A stretch of 64,000 nucleotides of DNA. It comes from Sneathiella sp. (lineage in GTDB: Bacteria; Pseudomonadota; Alphaproteobacteria; Sneathiellales; Sneathiellaceae). Below are positions 49,254 through 59,500 of the stretch, piece after piece. Location: positions 7,996-71,995 of the forward strand of contig NZ_JBDNHC010000106.1 in the NCBI RefSeq assembly GCF_041689005.1. The letters are read 5' to 3'. The notes under the pieces are model-generated. The model was not told where the DNA came from and did not search any database. It was given only the letters and a program-made list of their open reading frames with translations. A program made the translations under genes and the position numbers. The number at the start of each line of letters is the position of its first letter. The first letter of the stretch is position 1.

Positions 49254-51029
49254 TTAAAGCGGCCAAAACAGCAAAATTGACGGCACTGCCACAAGGATTA
49301 CCAGTATTTCAAGCGGAAGGCCCATACGCCAGTAATCCCCAAACTTATAACCGCCCGGCCCCATAATCAATGTGTTATTCTTATGGCCGATCGGCGTGAG
49401 AAAGGCGCAGGATGCGGCAACTGCCACCGCCATCAGGAACGGATCGGGATTGACCTCAAGGCGATTGGCAATATCGACCGCTATCGGTGCGCCGATAACC
49501 GCGGTTGCCGTATTGTTGAGAACATCCGAGAGCGTCATGACAACCACCATCAGCACGAATAAGACCACCATAACCGGCAATCCATCAGTAAGACTGACGA
49601 TACCTTTGGCGATCAAGGCGGTGCCGCCCGATGCCTCCAGTGCCGCCCCCAAGGGAATCATGGAGCCCAGCAGGACAATCACCGGCCATTCAACCTGATT
49701 GTACACCTCTTCTATTGGCACGATGTCGAGGGCGACATAGGCGGCCACCACAATTGCCAGCGCGACGGCCAGATACAGACCGCCAAAGCTGGCTGTGACA
49801 AGGGCGGCGCCGAATATCCCGATTGCCAGCCAGGCGCGCCCGTACTGAGTTACCGACAATCCCCGTTCGGCGAGAGGCAGAACGCCCAGCCATTGCGCCA
49901 CGTCTTGAACCCGACTGCTCGGCCCCAGCAGCAACAGGATATCGCCCGCGCGAATGTCGAGATGCCGCACTCTTTCCCTGAATTTCGCACCTTGACGCGA
50001 GACACCAAGCAACGTCACTCCATGACTGCTGAGCAAACGAAGGGACATCGCCGACTGTCCCTCAATCCGGGCGTATTTCGGAACCACGTATTCCATCAGC
50101 GCCATGCCGCTGGCCGCGGTTTTTTCTTCACCTGTCTCGCCGTCAAATTCAAGCTTCATGACACCGCGGAACTGATCAATGGCTTTGGGACCAGCATCGA
50201 CCACGAGGATATCCCCGGCGCGAATTTCAACATTGCGCGCCTGACCCGCAAGCCGCTTGTGGTTTCGCACCAGACCGATGACCGCTGCGTCGCTATCCTC
50301 TGCGGCCTCATCCAGCTCACGAACCAGCTTTCCGATCGCCGGAGAGTCTTCAGACACGACAAGCTCGGCGAGATATCCCTCGACGTCCCGCAAATCGACC
50401 ATCGGGCTTTTGGCGTCGCGCGCGCCCGGAATTAGCCGCCAGCCAACAATTGTAATGAAGATAATTCCGACGACAGCACAGGCGAGCCCGACCGGGGCAA
50501 AATCAAACATACCAAACGGCTCCCCAAGGGCCTGTTCCCGATAGGATGCAATGATGATATTCGGCGGTGTCCCGATGAGCGTTACAAGGCCACCCAATAT
50601 CGTCGCAAAAGCGAGCGGCATAAGGGTGATGCGGGGTGATCTTTTTGCCTTGACCGCCGCCTGGATGTCAACAGGCATCAGCAGCGCGAGCGCGGCGACG
50701 TTGTTCATGAAGGCGGAGAAAATTGCGCCCAGCCCGCTCATCGCGGCGATGTGGTTAGAGAGTTTCAGATCAAGCGCCGTCAATCGCCGGGTAATCAGGT
50801 CGATCGCCCCCGAATTCACAAGCCCGCGAGAAACGATCAACACCAGAGCGACGATTATCGTGGCCGGATGACCGAAACCCGAAAACGCCAGCGAGGTCGG
50901 GATCAGTCCAAGAACAAGGGCAATAATGAGCGCAACGAAGGCCACCAGATCATAGCGCCATTTGCCCCAGATGAGCATCGCAAATACGGCTCCAAACAGG
51001 GAAAACAGAAGAATTTGGTCGATTGTCAT
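49254..51029 (-). CDS. SLC13/DASS-family permease with two central TrkA-C domains
   Basis: 591 aa with N- and C-terminal polytopic halves flanking two RCK_C-like repeats (..GKLVRELD.....VIGLVRN..., ..AMSLRLLSSHGVTLLGVSR...). Confidence 0.8.
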   Translation of the reverse strand: MTIDQILLFSLFGAVFAMLIWGKWRYDLVAFVALIIALVLGLIPTSLAFSGFGHPATIIVALVLIVSRGLVNSGAIDLITRRLTALDLKLSNHIAAMSGLGAIFSAFMNNVAALALLMPVDIQAAVKAKRSPRITLMPLAFATILGGLVTLIGTPPNIIIASYREQALGEPFGMFDFAPVGLACAVVGIIFITIVGWRLIPGARDAKSPMVDLRDVEGYLAELVVSEDSPAIGKLVRELDEAAEDSDAAVIGLVRNHKRLAGQARNVEIRAGDILVVDAGPKAIDQFRGVMKLEFDGETGEEKTAASGMALMEYVVPKYARIEGQSAMSLRLLSSHGVTLLGVSRQGAKFRERVRHLDIRAGDILLLLGPSSRVQDVAQWLGVLPLAERGLSVTQYGRAWLAIGIFGAALVTASFGGLYLAVALAIVVAAYVALDIVPIEEVYNQVEWPVIVLLGSMIPLGAALEASGGTALIAKGIVSLTDGLPVMVVLFVLMVVVMTLSDVLNNTATAVIGAPIAVDIANRLEVNPDPFLMAVAVAASCAFLTPIGHKNNTLIMGPGGYKFGDYWRMGLPLEILVILVAVPSILLFWPL

Positions 51030-51149
51030 GAAACTACCCAGAAAAAGTCATTACGGGAAAGCGATAAAGCGTAAAGCATAGCTTATTGACATAAATCTGG
51101 AAATAGTTCGCAGCGTATGAAGATAAATAGTTCTGGAATTTAAGTAACG

Positions 51150-52466
51150 TCAGTCTTTCCCGTCCCCCGTTTCGAATTGGGCGCGCGGTTTATCGTCCAC
51201 CATCTGAACCCGAATGTCGCGTTGCGGGAAGGGGATGCCGATGCCCTCCTCTTTGAAGATCTGCCAGATCCGAACCAGGACAGCACTTGTGATATTTCCG
51301 CAGCCCTCTTCCGGATCCGCGATCCAAAAGCGCAGTTCCAGATCAATCGCGCTGTCGCCAAACCCGCGCATGAGGCATCGCGGCGGCGGATCACTCAGCA
51401 CTCGGGGAAGATCAAGTGCGGCGGCTTCGACCAGAGCAATTGTCTTGGGCACGTCTGAATCGTAGGCAATTCCAACCGGCACCCGCAGCCGGACATTTTT
51501 TGAGCTATACGACCAGTTAATCACCTGCTGGGTAATCAGGTCTTCATTGGGAATAAGATATTCCATCGCATCGCGGGTAATCACCGAGGCGTATCGCGCG
51601 CCCATGGAATGTACCCTACCATATGTCTCACCGACCTCGATAACGTCGCCGGGCTTGATGCTCCGGTCCAATAGGAGGATAATACCGCTGATGAGGTTCG
51701 AGACGATCTTCTGTAAACCGAAGCCGATACCGACACCGAGGGCACCGCCGAATACCGCAAACGCAGTAATATTGATCCCTGAATTGGAAAGGATTATCAG
51801 GACCGCCGTGGCCACCAGAGCGACACGAACCAGTTTGGCGGTCAGAACCTGAACAGCGGGGGTGAAAGCCCTTGTTTTGTATATTCTGGCCTCAAGAAAC
51901 CGCGACAAGCCGAAGGTGATCCAGAAAACGATGATGGCGGCAATGATTACCTTGACCAATCCCAGCATCGAGATCCGCGTCTCACCAAGGTTGAAGGCCA
52001 AACTCTCAAGAAAATCCAGCGTCGGCGTCAACAAGCCGAGAATATTTAACGCGGCAATGGTCCAGGCACAAAAAGCGACAAGCCGCGCCCAGATCTTATT
52101 TTCGGCCAGACTGGTCACAATATTGATGATGATCCAGGCGCTCAACAGTGAACAAACTGCGCTAATTATATGGGAAGGGGGCCCGACGCCCTGGAATACT
52201 GCGAGAATGGTGAATTCGAGCACAAGCCAGATGAGCGGGAAAGATAATTCCGACAGAATATCCAGAGCCCGGGCAACGGGAGATCGCGGCGGTAACCGGT
52301 GTTGCAACCCGTGCAGGGCCGCTTGCAGTTTGCGGCGCGTAAAGTACGCGACGGCAAGTCCGGCAAGGATGGCAAGCAATTGGGCAATGACATCAATATC
52401 GGTCCCGAGGGCTGCCAGTTGCTCCCAAGCCTGATAGAAAAACTCTCGTAGTTTATTTTCTGTCAT
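51150..52466 (-). CDS. Mechanosensitive ion channel (MscS family)
   Basis: Multiple N-terminal TM helices, then the MscS core (GIGFGLQKIVSNLISGIILL.DRSIKPGDVIEV....G.V). Start set at ATG 52466. Confidence 0.8.
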   Translation of the reverse strand: MTENKLREFFYQAWEQLAALGTDIDVIAQLLAILAGLAVAYFTRRKLQAALHGLQHRLPPRSPVARALDILSELSFPLIWLVLEFTILAVFQGVGPPSHIISAVCSLLSAWIIINIVTSLAENKIWARLVAFCAWTIAALNILGLLTPTLDFLESLAFNLGETRISMLGLVKVIIAAIIVFWITFGLSRFLEARIYKTRAFTPAVQVLTAKLVRVALVATAVLIILSNSGINITAFAVFGGALGVGIGFGLQKIVSNLISGIILLLDRSIKPGDVIEVGETYGRVHSMGARYASVITRDAMEYLIPNEDLITQQVINWSYSSKNVRLRVPVGIAYDSDVPKTIALVEAAALDLPRVLSDPPPRCLMRGFGDSAIDLELRFWIADPEEGCGNITSAVLVRIWQIFKEEGIGIPFPQRDIRVQMVDDKPRAQFETGDGKD

Positions 52467-52634
52467 TACCGCTGAGCTTACTCTGCTTACCAATGGAATC
52501 AAAGCATTATTGGATGCGCACTGGGATGCCCGCATTTAATGATGAAAAGTAATACGTCGGCGTCAATCTCTGTGCTAGAGTGAGTAAAAAGCAACTGCAC
52601 CGCCCGTTTTGGCGTCTCGGAAAAGGTTATTTTC

Positions 52635-53885
52635 TTGTCTATTTTTTCGATACAGGCCTCGGTCAGCGGTACCTATCTAGATAGTCGGTATTCATGGTTT
52701 CGCTTGGCCATGTCAGTGCTGATCTCGATTATTGGCAGCGCCGGGATGTGGGCTGCCGTTGTCGTCCTGCCTGCGGTCCAAACTGAATTCGGGATCGACC
52801 GTTCAGACGCCTCAATTCCCTATACGACAACAATGGTTGGCTTTGCCCTCGGCAATTTCGTGATCGGCAGACTGATTGACCGCTTCGGGATTGTCTATCC
52901 GATGATGGCGGCCGCTCTCCTGCTCGGCGTCGGGTTCGTTCTCGGATCCTTATCGAACAATATCTGGACCTTTTCCTTGATACAGGGAATTTTTATCGGC
53001 ACCGGTTCTGCAGCGACATTTGGTCCGTTAATTGCCGATATATCCCATTGGTTCGAACGCCGCCGGGGTATAGCCGTTGCCGCCGCCGCAAGTGGAAACT
53101 ACCTTGCCGGCGCGATTTGGCCGCTCATCCTCAAAGAGGTTATCGCGGCGGAAGGCTGGCGCGAAGCCTATCTTGTTGTCGCGGTGGCGTCCGTGGTCAT
53201 CATGCTGCCTATGGCCCTGTTCCTGCGCCGCCGGGTGCCTACCCAGGTGATCGATCTTCCCAATGGAACCTGTGCCCCGGGGGCGGCGATACACCGTCAG
53301 ATCAGCCTGTCGCCCCGGGCCTTGCAAATTCTGCTGTGCATGGCAGGCATCGGCTGCTGCGTTGCCATGTCAATGCCGCAGGTTCATATCGTCGCCTATT
53401 GCGCCGACCTCGGTTTCGGTGTGGCCAATGGCGCGAACATGCTCTCGCTTATGCTCTCTGGCGGCATCGTCAGCCGGTTGTTGTCGGGCTTCCTTGCGGA
53501 CCGGATCGGCGGGGTGCGTACGGTTCTTCTCGGCTCTTTCCTGCAATGTCTGGCCCTGTTTCTTTATATCCCGTTCAACGGACTGGCGTCGCTCTACGTA
53601 GTCTCACTAATCTTTGGCTTGTCCCAGGGCGGCATAGTTCCAAGCTATGCTATGATCGTGCGTGAATATCTGCCTGCGCGTGAGGCCGGACAGCGCGTCG
53701 GCCTGGTGATTATGATGACCGTGGTGGGCATGGCGCTGGGCGGATGGATGTCTGGGTTGATTTACGACCTCACCGGCTCCTATCAGGCGGCATTCATCAA
53801 CGGGATTGCCTGGAACATGCTGAACATGATGATTATGGCCCTGCTCCTGTGGCGAACACGGGAGGTGCGTGAAGCTCGCGCGTGA
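52635..53885 (+). CDS. MFS transporter (oxalate/formate antiporter-like)
   Basis: 416 aa, 12 TM helices, with the MFS loop motif (GRLIDRFG). TTG start. Confidence 0.8.
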   Translation: MSIFSIQASVSGTYLDSRYSWFRLAMSVLISIIGSAGMWAAVVVLPAVQTEFGIDRSDASIPYTTTMVGFALGNFVIGRLIDRFGIVYPMMAAALLLGVGFVLGSLSNNIWTFSLIQGIFIGTGSAATFGPLIADISHWFERRRGIAVAAAASGNYLAGAIWPLILKEVIAAEGWREAYLVVAVASVVIMLPMALFLRRRVPTQVIDLPNGTCAPGAAIHRQISLSPRALQILLCMAGIGCCVAMSMPQVHIVAYCADLGFGVANGANMLSLMLSGGIVSRLLSGFLADRIGGVRTVLLGSFLQCLALFLYIPFNGLASLYVVSLIFGLSQGGIVPSYAMIVREYLPAREAGQRVGLVIMMTVVGMALGGWMSGLIYDLTGSYQAAFINGIAWNMLNMMIMALLLWRTREVREARA

Positions 53886-54024
53886 GCCGCGCCCCGATCC
53901 TCGCGGTTTTTCATCCATGCAGATTGAGGGCAATTGACCAGAAAAGCTAATGCCACACAAAATAGCAACTTGAGTCGTCTGATTAACGTGAATCGTCTAA
54001 AGTCATCTAACGAGTGATATGATT

Positions 54025-54053
54025 TTGACACGCCAATAACGGGAAGTTATAGT
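54025..54053 (+). promoter_or_regulatory. Near-consensus sigma70 promoter for the tolC-mfp-rnd operon
   Basis: TTGACA (54025-54030), a 17-nt spacer, then TATAGT (54048-54053). It lies about 40 nt upstream of GGAGGG and ATG 54092. Confidence 0.5.
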
Positions 54054-54091
54054 TTATTCAGGTGTTTAAGGGCTTTGGGGGGAGGGTCAGG

Positions 54092-55429
54092 ATGTCGAAG
54101 CTGCTTCGCTTTATTTCAACAGCGATCCTGTGCACGGGGGTTTTTGTTACATCTTCCCATTCTGATGAAGCACCGCTTCTCAGTCTGGAGGACGCACTTA
54201 CCATCGTCAGACTCCAGAATCCCCAAGTCCAAAATGCGAAAATCCAAATCGACGTCGTTGGCGACCAAACCGATGCCATGCGGACAAAACGCTATCCGCA
54301 ACTCACCGCTAATGTTCGGGGATTCCAGAATTTTGTCGATAATGAATATACCTTCGAACAGGGGTCCCTCGGGACTGTTGGCGTCGACCCTGTCCCGTCC
54401 AGTACCGTCGAGATTGGCACGACAAACGGATTTAGCACCCACTATTCCCTGACGGCGACCCAGCCGCTAATGGATTTGTATCAAATCGGGCTGAATGTCG
54501 ATAAGCTTGAAATGCAGCAGGATATTGCGCGCCAGCAATCAAGACAGACCCGGCAATCCATTTCCCTGCAGGTCAAACAGCTCTATTACCAGATTCTTAG
54601 CAACCAGAGCGCGGTTGAGGCAACGGATGCCACCCTGGAATTTGACAGGGAACTCGTGAAAATTCTTAAAGACAACGTCGCGCAGAAAACCGAGCTGGAA
54701 TACCAACTGCTAAATGCGGAGGCACAGCTTGCCTCGACACAGCACAAATTGCTCTCGCAGAAAAATGACATTATCACCAGCAAGCAGCAGCTTAATTCGC
54801 TGCTTGGCCGCGATATTTCCACTCCGTTCAGTGTCAGCGCGGTTCCCGCCGATCCGATGGCGCGTTACACGGCCGATACCGCCACTGAGCAGGCGTTGGC
54901 CCAGCGCCCGGACACAGAGCAGGCCCGCCTGCAGGTGAAAGTCGCTGAAAATGATGTTGCCATACAGAAATCAGCCTATTTGCCCGAGGTTAATCTGGTG
55001 GCGAATTATGGACGCTCGGAAAATACAACGCTACTGCCGGATGAAAGCATGTATGTCGGAGTGATCGCAAAATGGGAGTTTATTACCTGGGGACGTAATG
55101 AAAGCCAGGTTTCCGGCTCGAAACGGGCCGTTACACAGGCAAGAAATTCACTGCGCGACAATGAAGATCAGATACGCGCCCAGGTCAGTGCCGATATTCG
55201 TAATCTTGAGGTCGCAAAACAACTGATCCCGGTCACACAAATGGCGCAAAAAGCGTCAGAAGAAAAGCTGCGGGTGAGTTTGAATCAGTATAAGGAGAAA
55301 TCTATTCTCCTCAGTGATTTGCTTGATGCCCGGTCTGAATTGTCGGCGGCAAACAATGATTATCAACAAGCTCAACTGGCGGTATGGAATGCGGCTGCCC
55401 AGCTTCAAAATGCTTTGGGAGAGGAATGA
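54092..55429 (+). CDS. TolC-family outer-membrane efflux protein
   Basis: Signal peptide, two OEP repeats, coiled-coil-rich sequence. The stop abuts the MFP ATG (TGAATG). Confidence 0.85.
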   Translation: MSKLLRFISTAILCTGVFVTSSHSDEAPLLSLEDALTIVRLQNPQVQNAKIQIDVVGDQTDAMRTKRYPQLTANVRGFQNFVDNEYTFEQGSLGTVGVDPVPSSTVEIGTTNGFSTHYSLTATQPLMDLYQIGLNVDKLEMQQDIARQQSRQTRQSISLQVKQLYYQILSNQSAVEATDATLEFDRELVKILKDNVAQKTELEYQLLNAEAQLASTQHKLLSQKNDIITSKQQLNSLLGRDISTPFSVSAVPADPMARYTADTATEQALAQRPDTEQARLQVKVAENDVAIQKSAYLPEVNLVANYGRSENTTLLPDESMYVGVIAKWEFITWGRNESQVSGSKRAVTQARNSLRDNEDQIRAQVSADIRNLEVAKQLIPVTQMAQKASEEKLRVSLNQYKEKSILLSDLLDARSELSAANNDYQQAQLAVWNAAAQLQNALGEE

Positions 55430-56554
55430 ATGTCGCTTAAATCCGTACTGACCGTCAGTTTGCTGTGCGGGGTCATGATACTTCAGGGCTGCGATTCAGA
55501 AGAAGCCCCTCCGGTTGCTCCACTGCAACCGGTTCGCGTACAATCACTGACCCAGGATAAGCTGAGCGAAGATACCCGCTATACGGCCAATATTGAAGCC
55601 GATAAACAGGTTAATATCGCGTTCAAGATCACCGGCTATGTCACTACCTTGATGCAGATGGGTACAGCCGGAGCTGAACGGGCGATACAGGCGGGCGACA
55701 TCGTCAAGAAAGGGGATCTGCTGGCCACCGTCGACAGCAAGGATATCAGTGACAGCCTTAAGCAGGCGAATTCCCAGGTAGCCTCGGCGCAGGCGAATTT
55801 GAACAAGGCGAATGAGGATTATAAACGGGCAAACTCCCTGTTCAAGTCTAACAGTATGACGGAGCCGGATTATGATTCGGCCAAACAGGAATATGAAAAC
55901 GCAGTGGCGCAAATGCAGAATGCCACGGCTCAGCAAAAAATCGCCCGCAATAATGTCAAGGATTTTGATCTGGTTGCCCCGTTAGGTGGCGTCGTTCTCC
56001 AGCGGAATGTCGATGTCGGAACACTGGTCTCCCCGCAGACCGTGGGTTTCGTCATCGCCGACACGGCGATAATGAAGGCGGTTTTCGGTGTGCCGGATAC
56101 TGTTGTGCAGTCGCTTAAAGTTGGAACGGCGCAAAATTTTACGACACAAACCTATCCCGACAAGGTGTTTGACGGCACAATTTCCGAGATATCCCCCGCC
56201 GCCGACGCCAGCAGCCGCGTCTTTGATGTCAAGATCAACGTGCCAAATACCGACAATCTGTTGAAGGTCGGAATGATTGCCTCGCTGACCCTGCCAAAAG
56301 GAAATTCCGAGCATACGGCGGCGTTGATCCCCCTCTCGGCAATTGTCCGTGCAAAAGACAATCCCGAAGGTTATGCGGTATTTGTTCTGAGCATCAAAGA
56401 CAAGGCAGACTATGCAACCCTGAAAACCGTTGAGCTGGGGCCGGTCCACGGCAACAAGATTGCTGTTTTAGGGGGGCTTGAGGCGGCCGATCGTGTTGTT
56501 ATCAGCGGCGCCACTTTCCTGAGTGACGGCGAACAAGTGGCGATCATTCCTTGA
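55430..56554 (+). CDS. RND efflux periplasmic adaptor (membrane fusion protein), lipoprotein
   Basis: Lipobox ILQGC, and lipoyl / alpha-hairpin / beta-barrel order typical of the HlyD_D23 family. Confidence 0.85.
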   Translation: MSLKSVLTVSLLCGVMILQGCDSEEAPPVAPLQPVRVQSLTQDKLSEDTRYTANIEADKQVNIAFKITGYVTTLMQMGTAGAERAIQAGDIVKKGDLLATVDSKDISDSLKQANSQVASAQANLNKANEDYKRANSLFKSNSMTEPDYDSAKQEYENAVAQMQNATAQQKIARNNVKDFDLVAPLGGVVLQRNVDVGTLVSPQTVGFVIADTAIMKAVFGVPDTVVQSLKVGTAQNFTTQTYPDKVFDGTISEISPAADASSRVFDVKINVPNTDNLLKVGMIASLTLPKGNSEHTAALIPLSAIVRAKDNPEGYAVFVLSIKDKADYATLKTVELGPVHGNKIAVLGGLEAADRVVISGATFLSDGEQVAIIP

Positions 56555-56582
56555 ATTGTTTCTATATAATTAGGCTGGGAAT

Positions 56583-59500
56583 TTGTCTGTGAAGGACCTT
56601 ACGGAAAAACATAATACGGCACGGTATTTTACAGAGAACCTGCATATTTCCTGGATTTTACTTATTGGCGTCCTTCTCTGGGGCGCCTATGGCTATCTTT
56701 CCATGCCTAAGGCCAAAGACCCGATAATACAGGTGCGGGTGGCCACGGCAATCACCAGCTGGCCCGGTGCAGATGCCACTAAAATCGAAGAGCTTATCAC
56801 TCGGCCGATAGAGGAGCAGATTGCGCTCAGTTCGACGCTGCATCGCACCAGCCCATCTAAATTTGCCATCAAGTCCCTTACGCTTCCCAATCTTTCAATT
56901 GTCCAGATCCAGCTTTCGGAAAGTCTCAGTGAGACCAAATCAGCCTTCAACGAGATCAATCTGAACCTCCAGGCAATGGCCCCCTCCTTGCCTGCCGGGG
57001 CGGGCGCTATCCAGTTCAATGACGGGTTCGGGAATACAGCCGCCATTCTACTGACCATCGCCAGCCCGACAGAACGGCCGGTTGAAATTTCACTCCGCGC
57101 CCGGGATATTGAGGCCGCGATCACGGCTACGCGTGAGAAGGCGGGCGATAGCGCTGTCGCACGGCGTTCCTTAATTGTGGTTATGCCGCGCGATATCGAC
57201 CTGACGGCGCCCAGCAGGAATATGGATCTTTTCAGGGATTATCTTGTTGTCGACAAGGGCGTAACCAACGCCGTTGCCCTGCACGGCCCCGGGTTTATTG
57301 GCATCGATTTCGCAAGTGATCTCTCCGATGATGACATCAAAACGCAGCTGAGCAATTTCCTGGAGCAAAAGCTTGCGCAGGTGAAATTTCACGAGGATGC
57401 CTGGCCGGCAGTTATCATCGGCGATCCGGGCCAGACTAACGCCAAACTGCAAGAAGCCCCCGGGGGTAAATACAGTTATCGGGAGCTGGACGATTTCGCC
57501 AACCTGATCACTCGGACCCTGCAAACCATTCCCCTGGTAACCGTCGTCAACAGCTCCGGTGCGGTTGATGAACGCATTTATCTGGAGTATTCTCAGGACT
57601 TGCTCGCATCCTATGGCCTCACACCGAGCGACGTAAGCGGTGCAATCATGGCCCGCAACAGCGATATCTCGGGCGGTGAATTTCATGTCGGCGGCTCGAA
57701 TATTTTGGTTGAACCCGTCGGCAAATATGTCAGTCCTGACCAGATCGGCAGCACCGTTATCACCAAGTCATCGTCGGGGTCTCCCGTATATCTTCGCGAT
57801 ATCGGGAATGTGGTTCCGGGATATCAGTCACCGCCGGAATTCCTGAACTATTATAACTGGCGCGCTGACGCGGGAAAATGGCATCGCGGCAAAGCAATTT
57901 CACTGGCGATCCAGATGCGCGATGGCGGCCAGATTGCCAAGTTCGGTGAGGCGGTGACGGCGGCAATGGCAGATGTCCGACCGCATCTTCCCGAAGATCT
58001 GGTCATCGACCGGGTGTCCAATCAGCCCTCTCAGGTGGCTGAGAATATTGATCTTTTCATGACAGCCTTGATCGAGGCGATTATCCTTGTTGTGGCCATT
58101 TCCTTCCTCGGTTTCTGGGAATGGAGATCCGCGCTGTTGATGATGCTATCGATCCCGATTACGCTTGCCTTGACTTTCGGGATAATCGATATGCTGGGCA
58201 TCCAGTTGCAACAGGTGTCGATCGCCACGCTTATAATCGCCCTTGGCCTGCTGGTGGATGATCCGGTAGTGGCCGGAGATGCCATAAAACGCGGACTGGC
58301 CGCCGGAGAGCCGCGTAGTCTCGCCTCTTGGCTTGGTCCGACGAAATTGGCCCACGCCATCATGTTTGCGACAATTACAAATGTTGTCGCCTATCTGCCA
58401 TTCCTGCTATTAGACGGAAATACCGGGGAATTTCTCTATAGCCTGCCGATTGTCATGGCAACCGCCCTCATTAGCTCACGTCTGGTTTCTATGAGCTTCC
58501 TCCCGTTTCTTGGTTATTTTCTGCTGCGGGCCCGACAAAAGCCTGAAAAAACAATCGAGGAGCGGCGTCAAAGCGGCTTCACCGGATATTATTTTCGTTT
58601 CGGTACCTTCCTGATTGATAACCGGAAAAAAGCTCTCCTTGTTTCCTTTATATTCCTCGCCCTTATCATTCCGCTTAAGAATGTCCTTAAAACATCCTTC
58701 TTTCCAGACGATGTGCAGTATCTTTTCTATGCGGATATCCAGTTGCGAAATGATGCCACTATTTACGAGACGCAGAAGGTCGTGGATAAGGCAGAAAATA
58801 TAGTCCAGCAGGTTGCGGCTGATTTTGGAGCAAAATTGGGGGCCGAGGGCGGCGGTGACCCTCTCACCTCCATCGCGAGCTTCCTTGGCGGTGGGGCACC
58901 GCGGTTCTGGTTTTCTGTCACTCCCCAGCTTCATCAGCGCAATTATGCCCAGTTGGTCATGCGAGTGAATGACAAGGACCTGACCGACAACCTGATCGTC
59001 CCGTTGCAAGTTGCCCTGAGTTCACAAATTCCCGATGCAATTATCGATGTTCGGCAACTGCAGACCAACCCTGTTCCCTATCCCTTGGAAATACGTCTGG
59101 TCGCAAAATCAGCCGTGCAGTCGAACGGGCCGGAAGAAGAGGCTGAGATTGCGACCTTGCGATCATTATCGGAAGAGCTTGTCGGTATTTTTCGCAAGGC
59201 CCCCAATGCCACGCGGCCGCGAGATGACTGGGGCCGGGAAACCCTCAGACTCCGGCTTTCCATCGATCCGGACAGGGCATTCCTTGCCGGTGTCTCCAAT
59301 AAGGATATTGCAGCCTCCTCCTCCGCCGGGATCAATGGTAACCAGGTAACCACCTTGCAGCGAGGGAACAAGAATATTCCCGTCGTCACCATATTGACCC
59401 CCTCCGAACGCGCGCAGATTTCAGACTTGCAAAACCTTTACGTGTTCAACTCGAACAACAGCGATAAAGTCCCGATGGGACAGATTGCAAAGGTCAAGTA

